A program made the position numbers and the translations under genes. Positions 46,582 through 59,790 of a DNA stretch of 64,000 nucleotides are shown here, piece after piece. The notes beneath the pieces are model-generated. The model was not told the origin of the DNA and searched no databases. It saw nothing but the letters and a program-made list of their open reading frames with translations. This stretch comes from Octopus sinensis (lineage: Eukaryota): positions 16,988,001 through 17,052,000 of the forward strand of contig NC_043016.1 of assembly GCF_006345805.1 (NCBI RefSeq). Direction: 5' to 3'. Each line of letters opens with the position of its first letter. The first letter of the stretch is position 1.

Positions 46582-48039
46582 TCTTTATATATATAAGAGA
46601 GGTTGTGTGTCTGTCTCCTATGAATTAGGTTCCTAACTACTCCCACATTTTGCGGTGCAGTTTAACCAAAACCGGATATCTTATAGTCGTGATTCATATC
46701 GAGCCCTTCTGGGTATTAGCGCGCGTCTACGATGAGTCTACGATTTAAAAAAAAATTACCATCATATCTTTCCGTTTTAATGCATTTTTTTCGCTATAAT
46801 ATAAGGGAAGTAACTCTCTAAAAATGTCTACAATGAGTCAACGATTTAAAAAAAATTTACCATAATTTTTTTTCCATCTTTAATGCATTTTTTGCTATTT
46901 TTTGGCTATAACCCTCTAAAAATGCATACATAGTTATTACCCTTACAAACCCGAGCAACGCTGGGCGATACTTCATATTGAGCCCTTCTGGGTATTAGCG
47001 CATGTCTACGATGAGTCTACGCTTTAAAAAAAAATTACCATCATTTTTTTCCATTTTAATGCATTTTTTCGCTATTATATAAGGCAAGTAACTCTCTAAA
47101 AATGTCTACAATGAGTCAACGAGAAAAAAAAAATTTACAATCATTTTTTCCCATTTTAATGCATTTTTTCGCTATTATATAAGGCAAGTAACTCTCTAAC
47201 AATGTCTACAATGAGTCAACGATATAAAAAAAAATTACAATCATTTTTTCCCATTTTAATGCATTATTTTCGCTATTATATAAGGGAAGTAACTCTCTAA
47301 AAATGTCTACGTTAAGTCAACGATTAAAAAAAAATTATCATTTTTTCCATTTTAATGCATTTTTTCGCTATTATATAAGGGAAGCAACTCTCTAAAAATG
47401 ATTTAAAAAAAAATTTACCATCATTTTTTTTTCCCACTTTTAATGCATTTTTCTGCTATTTTTTGGCTATAACTCTCTAAAAATGCTTATATAGTAATTT
47501 CCCTTACAAACCCGAGCAACGCCGGGCGACACTGCTAGTCTTTACATATAAAAGTGAAGTTGTGTGTCTGTCTCCTACGATTTAGATTCCTAACTACTCC
47601 CACATTTTGTGGTGCAGTTTTGCTATTTTTTGGCCATAACTCTCTAAAAATGCTTATATAGTTATTTCCCTTACAAACCCGAGCAACGCCGGGCGATACT
47701 GCTAGTCTTTACATATAAAAGTGAAGTTGTGTGTCTGTCTCCTACGATTTAGAATCCTAACTACTCCCACATTTTGTGGTGCAGTTTTGCTATTTTTTGG
47801 CTATAACTCTCTAAAAATGCTTATATAGTTATTTCCCTTACAAACCCGAGCAACGCCGGGCGATACTGCTAGTCTTTACATATAAAAGTGAAGTTGTGTG
47901 TCTGTCTCCTACGATTTAGATTCCTAACTACTCCCACATTTTGTGGTGCAGTTTTGCTATTTTTTGGCTATAACTCTCTAAAAATGCTTATATAGTTATT
48001 TCCCTTACAAATCCGAGCAACGCCGGGTGATACTGCTAG
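46582..48039 (+). mobile_element. Helitron family 2 cluster ending in three head-to-tail 167-bp mini-elements
   Basis: 5' A|TC at 46582. CTAG ends at 47538, 47705, 47872 and 48039, and each of the first three is followed immediately by TCtttacatataaaagtg. Confidence 0.88.
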
Positions 48040-48155
48040 TTTATATATACTTAAAACATATGACTATGTGTATGCATACATGTGTGTGCTTAGATGTGCA
48101 TATAACGTGTAAATACTTTATGCACATCATAATGTGAAATAGATAAAAAGATAAA

Positions 48156-51100
48156 GTGGCTGTGTGGTAAGTAGCTTGCTTACCAACCACATGGTTCCGG
48201 GTTCAGTCCCACTGCGTGGCATCTTGGGCAAGTGTCTTCTACTATAGCCCCGCGCCGACTAATGCTTTATGAGTAGATTAGGTAGACGAAAACTGAAAGA
48301 AGCCTGCCGTATATATGTATATATATATATATATATAGGTTTAGGAGTGGCTGTGTGGTAAGTAGCTTGCTTACCAACCACATGGTTCCGGGTTCAGTCC
48401 CACTGCGTGGCATCTTGGGCAAGTGTCTTCTGCTATAGCCCCGGGCCGACCAATGCCTTGTGAGTGGATTTGGTAGACGGAAACTGAAAGGAGCCTGTCG
48501 TATATATATATAGGCGCAGGAGTTGCTGTGTGGTAAGTAGCTTGCTAACCAACCACATGGTTCCGGGTTCAGTCCCACTGCGTGGCATCTTGGGCAAGTG
48601 TCTTCTGCTATAGCCCCGCGCCGACTAATGCCTTGTGAGTGGATTTGGTAGACGGAACCTGAAAGAAGCCTGTTGTATATATGTATATAGACTTAGGGGT
48701 GGCTGTGTGGTAAGTAGCTTGCTTACCAACCACATGGTTCCGGGTTCAGTCCGACTGCGTGGCATCTTGGGCAAGTGTCTTCTGCTATAGCCCCGCGCCG
48801 ACTAATGCCTTGTGAGTGGATTTGGTAGACGGAAACTGAAAGAAGCCTGTCGTATGTATGTATATATATAGGCCCAGGAGTGGCTGTGTGGTAAGTAGCT
48901 TGCTTACCAACCACATGGTTCCGGGTTCAGTCCCACTGCGTGGCATCTTGGGCAAGTGTCTTCTGCTATAGCCCCGCGCCGACTAATGCTTTATGAGTAG
49001 ATTAGGTAGACGAAAACTGAAAGAAGCCTGCCGTATATATGTATATATATATATATAGGTTTAGGAGTGGCTGTGTGGTAAGTAGCTTGCTTACCAACCA
49101 CATGGTTCCGAGTTCAGTCCCACTGCGTGGCATCTTGGGCAAGTGTCTTCTGTATATAGCCCCGCGCCGACTAATGCTTTATGAGTAGATTAGGTAGACG
49201 AAAACTGAAAGAAGCCTGCCGTATATATGTATATATATATATATATAGGTTAGGAGTGGCTGTGTGGTAAGTAGCTTGCTTACCAACCACATGGTTCCGA
49301 GTTCAGTCCCACTGCGTGGCATCTTGGGCAAGTGTCTTCTGCTATAGCCCCGCGCCGACTAATGCTTTATGAGTAGATTAGGTAGACGGAAACTGAAAGA
49401 AGCCTGTCGTATATATATATAGGCGCAGAAGTGGCTGTGTGGTAAGTAGCTTGCTTACCAACCACATGGTTCCGAGTTCAGTCCCACTGCGTGGCATCTT
49501 GGGCAAGTGTCTTCTGCTATAGCCCCGCGCCGACTAATGCTTTATGAGTAGATTTGGTAGACGGAAACTGAAAGAAGCCTGTCGTATATATATATAGGCG
49601 CAGGAGTGGCTGTGTGGTAAGTAGCTTGCTTACCAACCACATGGTTCCGGGTTCAGTCCCACTGCGTGGCATCTTGGGCAAGTGTCTTCTGCTATAGCCC
49701 CGCGCCGACTAATGCTTTATGAGTAGATTAGGTAGACGAAAACTGAAAGAAGCCTGCCGTATATATGTATATATATATATATAGGTTTAGGAGTGGCTGT
49801 GTGGTAAGTAGCTTGCTTACCAACCACATGGTTCCGAGTTCAGTCCCACTGCGTGGCATCTTGGGCAAGTGTCTTCTGCTATATCCCCGCGCCGACTAAT
49901 GCCTTGTGAGTGGATTTGGTAGACGGAAACTGAAAGAAGCCTGTCGTATATATGTATATAGACTTAGGGGTGGCTGTGTGGTAAGTAGCTTGCTTACCAA
50001 CCACATGGTTCCGGGTCAGTCCCACTGCGTGGCATCTGGGCAAGTGTCTTCTGCTATAGCCCCGCGCCGACTAATGCCTTGTGAGTGATTTGGTAGACGG
50101 AAACTGAAAGAAGCCTGTGTCTATATGTATATAGACTTAGGGGTGGCTGTGTGGTAAGTAGCTTGCTTAAACCACATGGTTCCGAGTTCAGTCCCACTTC
50201 GTGGCATCTTGGCAAGTGTCTTCTGCTATAGCCCCGGCCGACCAGTGCTTGTGAGTGGATTTGGTAGACGGAAAATGAAAGAAGCCTGTCGTATATATAT
50301 ATAGGTGTAGGTGGCTGTGTGGTAAGAGCTTGCTAACCAACCACATGGTTCCGGGTTCAGGTCCCACTGCGTGGCATCTTGGGCAAGTGTCTTCTGCTAT
50401 AGCCCGGGCCCCGACCAGTGCCTTGTGAGTGGATTTGGTAGACGGAAACTGAAAGAAGCTGTCGTATGTATGTATATATATAGGCGCAGGAGTTGCTGTG
50501 TGGTAAGTAGCTTGCTAACCAACCACATGGTACCGAGTTCAGTCCCACTGCGTGGCATCTTGGCAAGTGTCTTCTGCTATAGCCCCGCGCCGACTAATGC
50601 CTGTGAGTGGATTGGTAGACGGAACTGAAAGAAGCCTGTTGATATATGAAGATATAGACTTCGGGGTGGCTGTGTGGTAAGTAGATTGCTTACCAACCAC
50701 ATGGTTAGAGTTCAGTCCCACTGCGTTGGCATCTTGGGCAAGTGTCTTCTGCTATAGCCCCGGAACCGACCAATGCCTTGTGAGTGGATTTGGTAGACGG
50801 AAACTGAAAGAAGCCTGTCGTATATATATATAGGCGCAGCAGTTGCTGTGTGGTAAGTAGCTTGCTAACCAACCACATGGTTCCGGATTCAGTCCCACTG
50901 CGTGGCATCTTGGGCAAGTGTCTTCTGCTATAGCCCCGCGCCGACTAATGCCTTGTGAGTGGATTTGGTAGACGGAAACTGAAAGAAGCCTGTTGTATAT
51001 ATGTATATTGACTTAGGGGTGGCTGTGTGGTAAGTAGCTTGCTTACCAACCACATGGTTCCGGGTTCAGTCCCACTGCGTGGCATCTTGCGCAAGTGTCT

Positions 51101-52310
51101 TCTGCTATAGCCCCGGGCCGACCAGTGCCTTGTGAGTGGATTTGGTAGACGGAAACTGAAAGAAGCCTGTCGTATATATATATAGGCGCAGGAGTGGCTG
51201 TGTGGTAAGTAGCTTGCTTACCAACCACATGGTTCCGGGTTCAGTCCCACTGCGTGGCATCTTGGGCAAGTGTCTTCTGCTATGCCCCGCGCCGACTAAT
51301 GCCTTGTGAGTGGATTTGGTAGACGGAAACTGAAGAAGCCTGTTGTATATATGTATATAGACTTAGGGGTGGCTGTGTGGTAAGTAGCTTGCTTACCAAC
51401 CACATGGTCCGGGTTCAGTCCCACTGCGTGGCATCTTGGGCAAGTGTCTTCTGCTCTAGCCCCGCGCCGACTAATGCCTTGTGAGTGGATTTGGTAGACG
51501 GAAACTGAAAGAAGCCTGTCGTATGTATGTATATATAGGCGCAGGAGTGGCTGTGTGGTAAGTAGCTGCTTACCAACCACATGGTTCCGGGTTCAGTCCC
51601 ACTGCGTGGCATCTGGGCAAGTGTCTTCTGCTATAGCCCCGGACCGACCATGCCTTGTGAGTGGATTGGTAGACGGAAACTGAAAGAAGCCTGTCGTATA
51701 TATATATATAGGCGCAGGAGTGGTGTGGTAAGTAGCTTGCTTACCAACACCATGGTTCCGGGTTCTGTCCCACTGCGTGGCATCTTGGGCAAGTGTCTTC
51801 TGCTATAGCCCCGCGCCGACCAATGCCTTGTGAGTGGATTTGGTAGAAGGAAACTGAAAGAAGCCTTTTATATATATGTATATATATAGGCGCAGGAGTG
51901 GCTGTTTGGTAAGTAGCTTGCTAACCAACCACATGGTTTTCGGGTTCAGTCCCACTGCGTGGCATCTTGGGCAAGTGTCTTCTACTATAGCCCCGGGCCG
52001 ACCAATGCCTTGTGAGTGGATTTGGTAGACGGAAACTGAAAGAAGCCTGTCGTATATATGTATATATATATATATATATATATGTGTGAATGTATGTGTC
52101 TGTGTTTGTGTTTGTCCCCCTAGCATTGTTTGACAACCGATGCTGGTGTGTTTACGTCCCCGTCACTTAGCGGATCAGCAAAAGAGACCGATAGAATAAG
52201 TACTGGGCTTACAAAAAAGAATAAGTCCCGGGGTCGATTTGCTCGACTAAAAGGCGGTGCTCCAGCATGGCCGCAGTCAAATGACTGAAACAAGTAAAAG
52301 AGTAACAGAG
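48156..52310 (+). repeat. Tandem array of ~22 SINE family A head units (~175-190 bp); terminal copy full length
   Basis: gtggctgtgtggtaagtagc recurs about every 175-190 nt, each unit ending in a (TA)-rich linker. Only the last unit continues into the tail. Confidence 0.93.
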
Positions 52311-52622
52311 AGAGATATATTTACACAAATCAAATAAAACTAAAGAAAATTATAAAAAGTGAAATAAAATCCTATTAACTTTATCTAAGCCTTGTTAGGT
52401 TTCTGACATTTTGTCTCATGCAGGCAGAAGCCGTAACAATCAGCAGATGTTTGTACGTGTGTACGCGTAGATAGTTGTGCTTACACACACATACACAGAG
52501 AGTGTATGCTGTCAAATGGATGTAATATATCTATTCTGCACTTTAAATTCTGACTTAGCTGAGGTGGGAATTCAAGAGACTCAATAAGCCATTCTCATCG
52601 GTTTTTTTTTTCTTATAAACTA

Positions 52623-52661
52623 CTAGGACTATGACCCGTCGTTGCCGGGCCATGCTGCTAG
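52623..52661. mobile_element. Tail-to-tail fusion of two Helitron 3' ends
   Basis: CTAGgactatgacccgtcgttgccgggccatgctgCTAG. The minus strand reads cccggcaacgacgggtcatagtcCTAG|T and the plus strand reads ccgggccatgctgCTAG|T. Confidence 0.55.
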
Positions 52662-52855
52662 TGCATGTATATAATGTATATATATATATATATATATAAT
52701 ATATATATATATAGTGTTACCGCTACTGTATATATAACTCACTTTGATATTTATCATTGTTTGATTTCACTTTTTCAATATCAGCGACAGTGGGCGCTGG
52801 AAAAAGTATAAGTATTTGTGAAGGAAATCTAATTCTCGGCGACAACTATGATTGT

Positions 52856-52899
52856 CACACGCTGACGAGAGGTCAATACCTCGAACTCGAGTCCGTGTG
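52856..52899 (+). ncRNA. Minimal type-I hammerhead ribozyme motif (one core A missing)
   Basis: CACACG-CUGACGA-GAGG-ucaaua-CCUC-GAA-CUCGAG-UC-CGUGUG. Stem I is 6 bp, stem II is 4 bp, stem III is the palindrome ACUCGAGU, triplet GUC. Confidence 0.78.
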
Positions 52900-53282
52900 T
52901 ATCATAAGTGAAGACGGGAAGGATGACTTCCCTTTGCAAATGCTGACAGGACACAGAAAGTGTGTCTATGGCCAGCTGGAGGAGTGTGTCCTCCTGGGGC
53001 TAAAAACTACAGTAGCATCCATCCTTAGGGGTTAGCCATATTGAAATGGCAAAAATACGTCACGATATATATATATATATATATACACACACATATATAT
53101 ATATATATCACGTGACCGACCAGATCATCAGATATTGCTACACATCGCTGGTCACAATGCGCTTCGCATTGTTTTAGCCTTCGAATGACGCCACCCCGCT
53201 GGCTAAGCGAGCAGGCCCACAGAAGAAAGAGTGAGAGAAAGTTGTGGTGAAAGAGTACATCTCTCCTCATCCATCCGTAGAT

Positions 53283-54272
53283 GGTGAGACCCATATTGGA
53301 GTACGGGATTCAAGCCTCTTCTCCTTATCTCCTCAAAGACATACAGCATCTCGAAAGAGTCCAGAAGCTGGCTACCCGCATGGTTCATGGTCTCAAAAAT
53401 TTGTCCTATGAAGAAAGACTGAGGACGCTCGACCTTTATTCTCTAGAAAAACGCCGCCGCCGTGGTGATCTCATTCTCGCCCACAACATCATAAACGGAA
53501 AGTGTAACCTCTCGAAAGAGCTGTTCTTCACTCCTGCTCCAGAGCATCGGCTGCGGGGTCATTCCGAAAAGCTCTACCTGCGACGATTTCATCTCAATCG
53601 AAGGAGAGGAGCTTTCTCCGTCCGGGTTGCGGATCCGTGGAAGAAGCTACCGGACGAGATGATGAAGATGCCGATGACCGCTCGGTTGAAAGTCTCCCTT
53701 GACCTCAAGTGGCCTGTACTCTTTGCATGAACACCACCCTGTACATAACTCCATGTCCCCCTAGACGACGCCGTGGTGATCTCATTCTTGCTCACATCAT
53801 AAGCGGAAAGTGTAACCTCTCGAAAGAGCTGTTCTTCACTCCTGCTCCAGAGCGTCGGCTGCGGGGTCATTCCGAAAAGCTCTACCTGCGACGATTTCAT
53901 CTCAATCGAAGGAGAGGAGCTTTCTCCGTCCGTGTTGCGGATCCGTGGAACAAGCTGCCAGACGAGATGGTGAAGATGCCGACGACCGCTTTGTTCAAAG
54001 TCTCTCTTGAACACATGTGGCCTGAACTCTTTACATGATCACCACCCTGTACATAACTCCATGTCCCCCTAGACGACGCCGTGGAGATCTCATTCTTGCT
54101 CACATCATATGCGGAAAATGGTGAAGATGCCGACGACCGCTTTGTTCAAAGCCTCCCTTGACCTCAAGTGGCCTGAACTCTTTACATGAACACCACCCTG
54201 TACTTAACTCCATGTCCCCCTACATGACCTTGCTATTTGCTTTTGAGCCAAATTAACTAACTAACTAACTAA
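53283..54272 (+). mobile_element. CR1-clade LINE 3' fragment with triplicated 3' end and (AACT)n tail
   Basis: VRPILEYGIQASSPYLLKDIQHLERVQKLATRMV...WKKLP. Junctions ccatgtccccctagacgacgccgtgg at 53751-53774 and ~54059-54083. Confidence 0.9.
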
Positions 54273-55310
54273 CATGACCACACCAGTGCAGACGTCTCTC
54301 TTGCACGCCACATCTGCTGCTTGTTATGCCCAACATTACTCTCAGGGTGCTTACACTCTGTCGTGTATGCACACTGACATTACACATCCAGCGGATCATG
54401 CTAGCTTCATTTCTTTCGAGCCCACGCATATCTTTAGCTGACACAGCATATCTCCAGAGGTCTCGGTCTTTCGTCATTGCCTCTGTGAGCCCCAACGTTC
54501 GAAGGTCATGCTTGACCACCTATCCCATATCTTTCTGGGTCTACCTCTCCCCCGGATTCCTGCAACTGTTTAGGAGTTGCACTTCTTCACACATCTCATC
54601 CATCCATCCGTAGTACATGACCATACCAGTGCAGACGTCTCTCTTGCACGCCACATCCGATGCTTCTTATGTCCAGCATTTCTCTCAGGGTGCTTACACT
54701 CTGTCGTGTATCCACACTGACATTACACATCCAGCAGATCATGCTAGCTTCATTTCTTTCAAGTCTACACATGTCCTCTGCAGTCACAGCATATCGCCAG
54801 AGGTCTCGGGCTTTCGTCATTGCCTCTGTGAGCCCCAACGTTCGAAGGTCATGCATGACCACCTCATCCCATGTCTTCCTGGGTCTACCTCTCCCCCGGA
54901 TTCCTTCAACTGTTTAGGAGTTACATTTCTTCACACATCTCTCCTCATCCATCTATAATACATGACCATACCAGCGCAAACGTCTCTCTTGCATTCGAGC
55001 CTACGCATATCTTCATCAGTCACAGCATATCTCCAGAGGTCTCGGTCTTTCGTCATTGCCTCTGTGAGCCCCAACGTTCGAAGGTCATGCATGACCACCT
55101 CATCCCATATCTTCCTGGGTCTACCTCTACCCGGATTCCTTCAACTGTTTAGGAGTGGCACTTCTTCACACATCTCTCCTCACCCATCTGTAGTACATGA
55201 CCACCCCAGTGCAGACGTCTCTCTTGCACACCACATCTGCTGCTTGTTACGTCCAGTATTTCTCTCAGGGCACTTACACTCTGTCGTGTATGCACACTGA
55301 CATTACACAT
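54272..55310 (-). mobile_element. Concatenated RTE-clade 3' fragments (same family as 7905-8650)
   Basis: Repeated HDLRTLGLTEAMTKDRDLWRYAV joined back to LERNEASM.RWMCNVSV...RLHWYGHV, 3-4 units. Confidence 0.85.
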
Positions 55311-55629
55311 CATTCAAACATTTCAGGATGAAACTCAAGTGAACCCATTAAACTAAAGAGAACCCATTAAACCAAAGCGAACCCATTAAAACCCAATGAT
55401 TGTTTATTTTGACCCTCGATTCATCTCCAAGTTGAAGAAGACATCTGGAATAGGAAGGGAGAACCAGCCCATCATCACTATTTCCATCACATCCACCTCC
55501 ACATACAGGTGAACAGCCATCTGTCTGTCTATATAAATATACACACCCTCTTTCCCTTCAAGCAGTTTGTCTCTCTGTCTCCCTCAGTCTAATTCTCTCT
55601 CTCTCCCTCAATATATATATATATATTTT

Positions 55630-55821
55630 TTTTTACTTGTTTCAGTCATTTGACTGCGGCCATGCTGGAGCACCGCCTTTTAGTCGAGCAAATCGACCCC
55701 GGGACTTATTCTTTGTAAGCCCAGTACTTATTCTATCGGTCTCTTTTGCCGAACCGCTAAGTGACGGGGACGTAAACACACCAGCATCGGTTGTCAAGCA
55801 ATGCTAGGGAGACAAACACAG

Positions 55822-55856
<35 letters not shown>

Positions 55857-55900
55857 TATATATACATATATACGACAGGCTTCTTTCAGTTTCCGTCTAC
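55630..55900 (-). mobile_element. SINE family A 3' half
   Basis: Reverse complement of the consensus. Confidence 0.85.
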
Positions 55901-55996
55901 CAAATGTGGTATATATATATGTATATACATATATATATACTATATATATATATATATATATATATATCTTTTTTACTCTTTTACTTCTTTCAGTCA

Positions 55997-56420
55997 TGTA
56001 TATGTTATGTATGTATGTATGTTGTATGTATGAGTATGTATGTATGTATGTATGATGTATGTATGTATGTATGTATGTATTTATTTATGTAGTATGTTGT
56101 ATTTATGTATGTATGCATGTATGCATGTATGTATGTATGTATGTATGGATGTATGTATGCATGTATGTATGCATGTATGTATGTATGTATGTATGTATGT
56201 ATGTATGTATTTATGTATGTATGTATGTATGTATGTATGTATGTATTTATGTATGTATGCATGTATGTATGTATGTATGCATATTTGTATGTATGTATGT
56301 GTGTATGTATGTATGTGTGTATGTATGTATGTATGTATGTGTGTGTGTATGTATGTATGTGTGTATGTATGTATGTGTGTGTGTATGTATGTGTGTATGT
56401 ATGTATGTATGTATGTATGC
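55997..56420 (+). repeat. (TATG)n tetranucleotide microsatellite
   Basis: Direct inspection. Confidence 0.95.
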
Positions 56421-56951
56421 GTATATACATACACATACATACAAATACACACACACACACACACACACCTTCGTACATTCACACACACATCTGAGTCAAT
56501 TTGCAGCATTGCTTATCAACACCTATACCTTGCCCCCCTACCAAACCCCCACGCAGTTCCTATTCTATTCCCTACTTCTCTTCTGTTCCGTTCCCCTCTC
56601 CCCGCCTTACTCTCTCCAAAGAAATTAGGGCACCTGCTACCATAGCAACCGATTCTCTGGCGGCTTCCTCTCTCCTCCCTAGTTCATAACCTCTGCATAG
56701 AATTCATCGCTGCCCCCACCTTTCCATTATAAACCGACACAGCATCCTTCATCTTTAAGACAGTAAATTATGCATCTGGCTTGATACTACAACTTACCAG
56801 CAAGAACATATCTTATATACACTCATCCACTTTTACATTCACTCTCTCATGCAAACATACTTGGACACACAGACATATTTCTTCTTTATGCCTACCCTTT
56901 CGTTACTGTATTTATTTTGAGATGCTCTGTGTTTCTTTCAATTATTTTAAA

Positions 56952-57600
56952 CAAGCAGTATCGCCCGGCGTTGCTCGGGTTTCTAAGGGAAATAACTATA
57001 TAAGCATTTTTAGAGAGTTATAGCCAAAAGATAGCAAAAAAAATGCATTAAAAATGGGGAAAAAATGATGGTAAATTTTTTTTTAAATCGTTGACTCATC
57101 GTAGACATTTTTAGAGAGTTACTTCCCTTATATAATAGCGAAAAAAATGCATTAAAATGGAAAAGAATGATGGTAATTTCTTTTTTAAATCGTTGACTCA
57201 TCGTAGACATTTTTAGAGAGTTACTTCCCTTATTTAATAGCGAAAAAATGCATTAAAATGGAAAAAAATGATGGTAAATTCTTTCTAAAATCGTAGACTC
57301 GCGCTAATACCCAGAAGGGCTCGATATGAATCACGACTATAAGATACCCGGTTTTGGTTAAACTGCACCGCAAAATGTGGGAGTAGTTAGGAATCTAAAT
57401 CGTAGGAGACACACAACCTCACTTTTACATATTTCTTCTATATGCCTTTTCGTTACTGTATTTATTTTGAGATGCTCTGTGTTTCTTTCAATTATTTTAA
57501 ACTAGCAGTATCGCCCGGCGTTGCTCGGGTTTGTAAGGGAAATAACTATATAAGCATTTATAGAGAGTTATGGCCAAAAAATAGCAAAAAAATGCATTGA
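56952..57600 (-). mobile_element. Helitron family 2 copy (56952-57432) plus a second 3' fragment (57502-57600) with duplicated flank
   Basis: Reverse-complement termini (actagcagtatcgcccggcgttgctcgggtt) and ~100-bp internal units. About 80 bp of flank is repeated at 56874-56951 and 57428-57501. Confidence 0.78.
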
Positions 57601-57619
57601 AACTGGAAAAACTATTACT

Positions 57620-59407
57620 CTCTTTTCTCCCTTTTACTTGTTTCAGTCATTTGACTGCGGCCATGCTGGAGCACCGCCTTTGGTCGAGCAAATCGACCCC
57701 GGGACTTATTCTTTTGTAAGCCCAGTACTTATTCTATCGGTCTCTTTTGCCGAACCGCTAAGTGACGGGGACGTAAACACACCAGCATCGATTGTCAAGT
57801 AATGCTAGGGGTACAAACACAGACACACACACTTATATATATATACATATATACGACAGGCTTCTTTCAGTTTCCGTCTACCAAATCCACTCACAAGGCT
57901 TTCTATATATATATACTCTTTTACTCTTTTACTTGTTTCAGTTATTTGACTGCGGCCATGCTGGAGCACCGCCTTTGGTCGAGCAAATCGACCCCGGGAC
58001 TTATTCTTTTGTAAGCCCAGTACTTATTCTATCGGTCTGTTTTGCTGAGCCGCCAGATAACGGGGACATAAACACACCAGCATGGGTTGTCAAGCAGTGC
58101 TAGGGGGACAAACACACTCACACAAACACACACACGCATATATATATATATATACATATATACGACGAGCGTCTTTCAGTTTCCGTCTACCAAATCCACT
58201 CACAAACAAAAATACACACACACACACACACACACATATAAATATATATACATATATACGATGGGCTTCTTTCAGTTTCCGTCTACCAAATCCACTCACA
58301 AGGCTTTGGTCGGCCCGAGGCTATAGTAGAAGACACTTGCCCAAGGTGCCACGCAGTGGGACTAAACCCGGAACCATGTGGCTGGTAAACAAACTACTTA
58401 CCACACAGCCACTCCTGCACCTATATATATATATGGATTTCGTAGATAGGAATTGAAACAAATCAATCGTATATATATGTAACCATTAACAGTGAACATC
58501 CATTTTGCTAGAAGAAGATCCGCTATGGTCTTATATACTATGCTACTGTTTTTCGATTCATATTAATCAAATTAATATTCAATTTCTCACACTTATTATT
58601 TCAAATTTAAATTTACATGTATATGTAATAGGCGCAGGAGTGGCTGTGTGTTAAGTGGCTTGTTAACCAACCACATGGTTCCCGGTTCAGTCCCACTGCG
58701 TGGCATCTTGGGTAAGTGTCTTATGCTATAGCCCCGGGCCGACCAATGCCTTGTGAGTGGAATTGGTAGATGGAAACTGAAAGAAGCCCATCGTATATAT
58801 ATATATATAGGCGCAGGAGTGGCTTTGTGGTAAGTAGCTTGCTAACCAACCACATGGTTCCCGGTTCAGTCCCACTGCGTGGCATCTTGGTCAAGTGTCT
58901 TATGCTATAGCCCAAAGCCGACCAATGCCTTGTGAGTGGAATTGGTAGACGGAAACTGAAAGAAGCCCATCGTATATATATATATATAGGCGCAGGAGTG
59001 GCTGTGTGGTAAGTAGCTTGCTAACCAACCACATGGTTCCGGGTTCAGTCCCACTGCGTGGCATCTTTGGCAAATGTCTTTTGCTATAGCCCAGGGTCGA
59101 CCAATGCCTTGTGAGTGGATTTGGTAGACGGAAACTGAAAGAAGCCTGTCGTATATATGTATATATATGTATGTGTGTGTATGAGTGTGTGTGTGTTTGT
59201 GTGTGTGTGTTTGTCCCCCTAGCATTGCTTGATAACCGATGCTGGTGTGTTTACATACCCGTAACATAGCAGTTCAGCGAAAGAGACCGACAGAATAAGT
59301 ACTAGGCTTAAAAGAATAAGTCCTAGGCTCGATTTGCTCGACTAAAGGCGGTGCTCCAGTATTGCCGCAGTCAAATGACTGAAACAAGTAAAAGAGTAAA
59401 AGAATAA

Positions 59408-59449
<42 letters not shown>

Positions 59450-59746
59450 ATATATATATAACATATATATATATATTATATATATACTCTTACTCTTTTA
59501 CTCTTTTTCTTGTTTCAGTCATTTGACTGAGGCCACGCTGGAGCACCGCCTTTAGTCGAGCAAATCAACCCTGGGACTTATCCTTTGTAACCCCATACTT
59601 ATTCTATCAGTCTCTTTTGCCGAATCGCTAAGTGACGGGGACGTAAACACACCAGCATCGGTTGTCAAGCAATACTAGAGGACAAACACACACACCAGAC
59701 ATATACATACACACACACACACTGTATATATATATATTATATATAT

Positions 59747-59790
<44 letters not shown>

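Noticed and set aside
55420-55525. Candidate upstream KIF26 exon (minus frame beginning DGC)
   Set aside because: The following residues do not resemble the expected DGC.F.FGH...G P-loop segment, so the preceding exon probably lies beyond the window.
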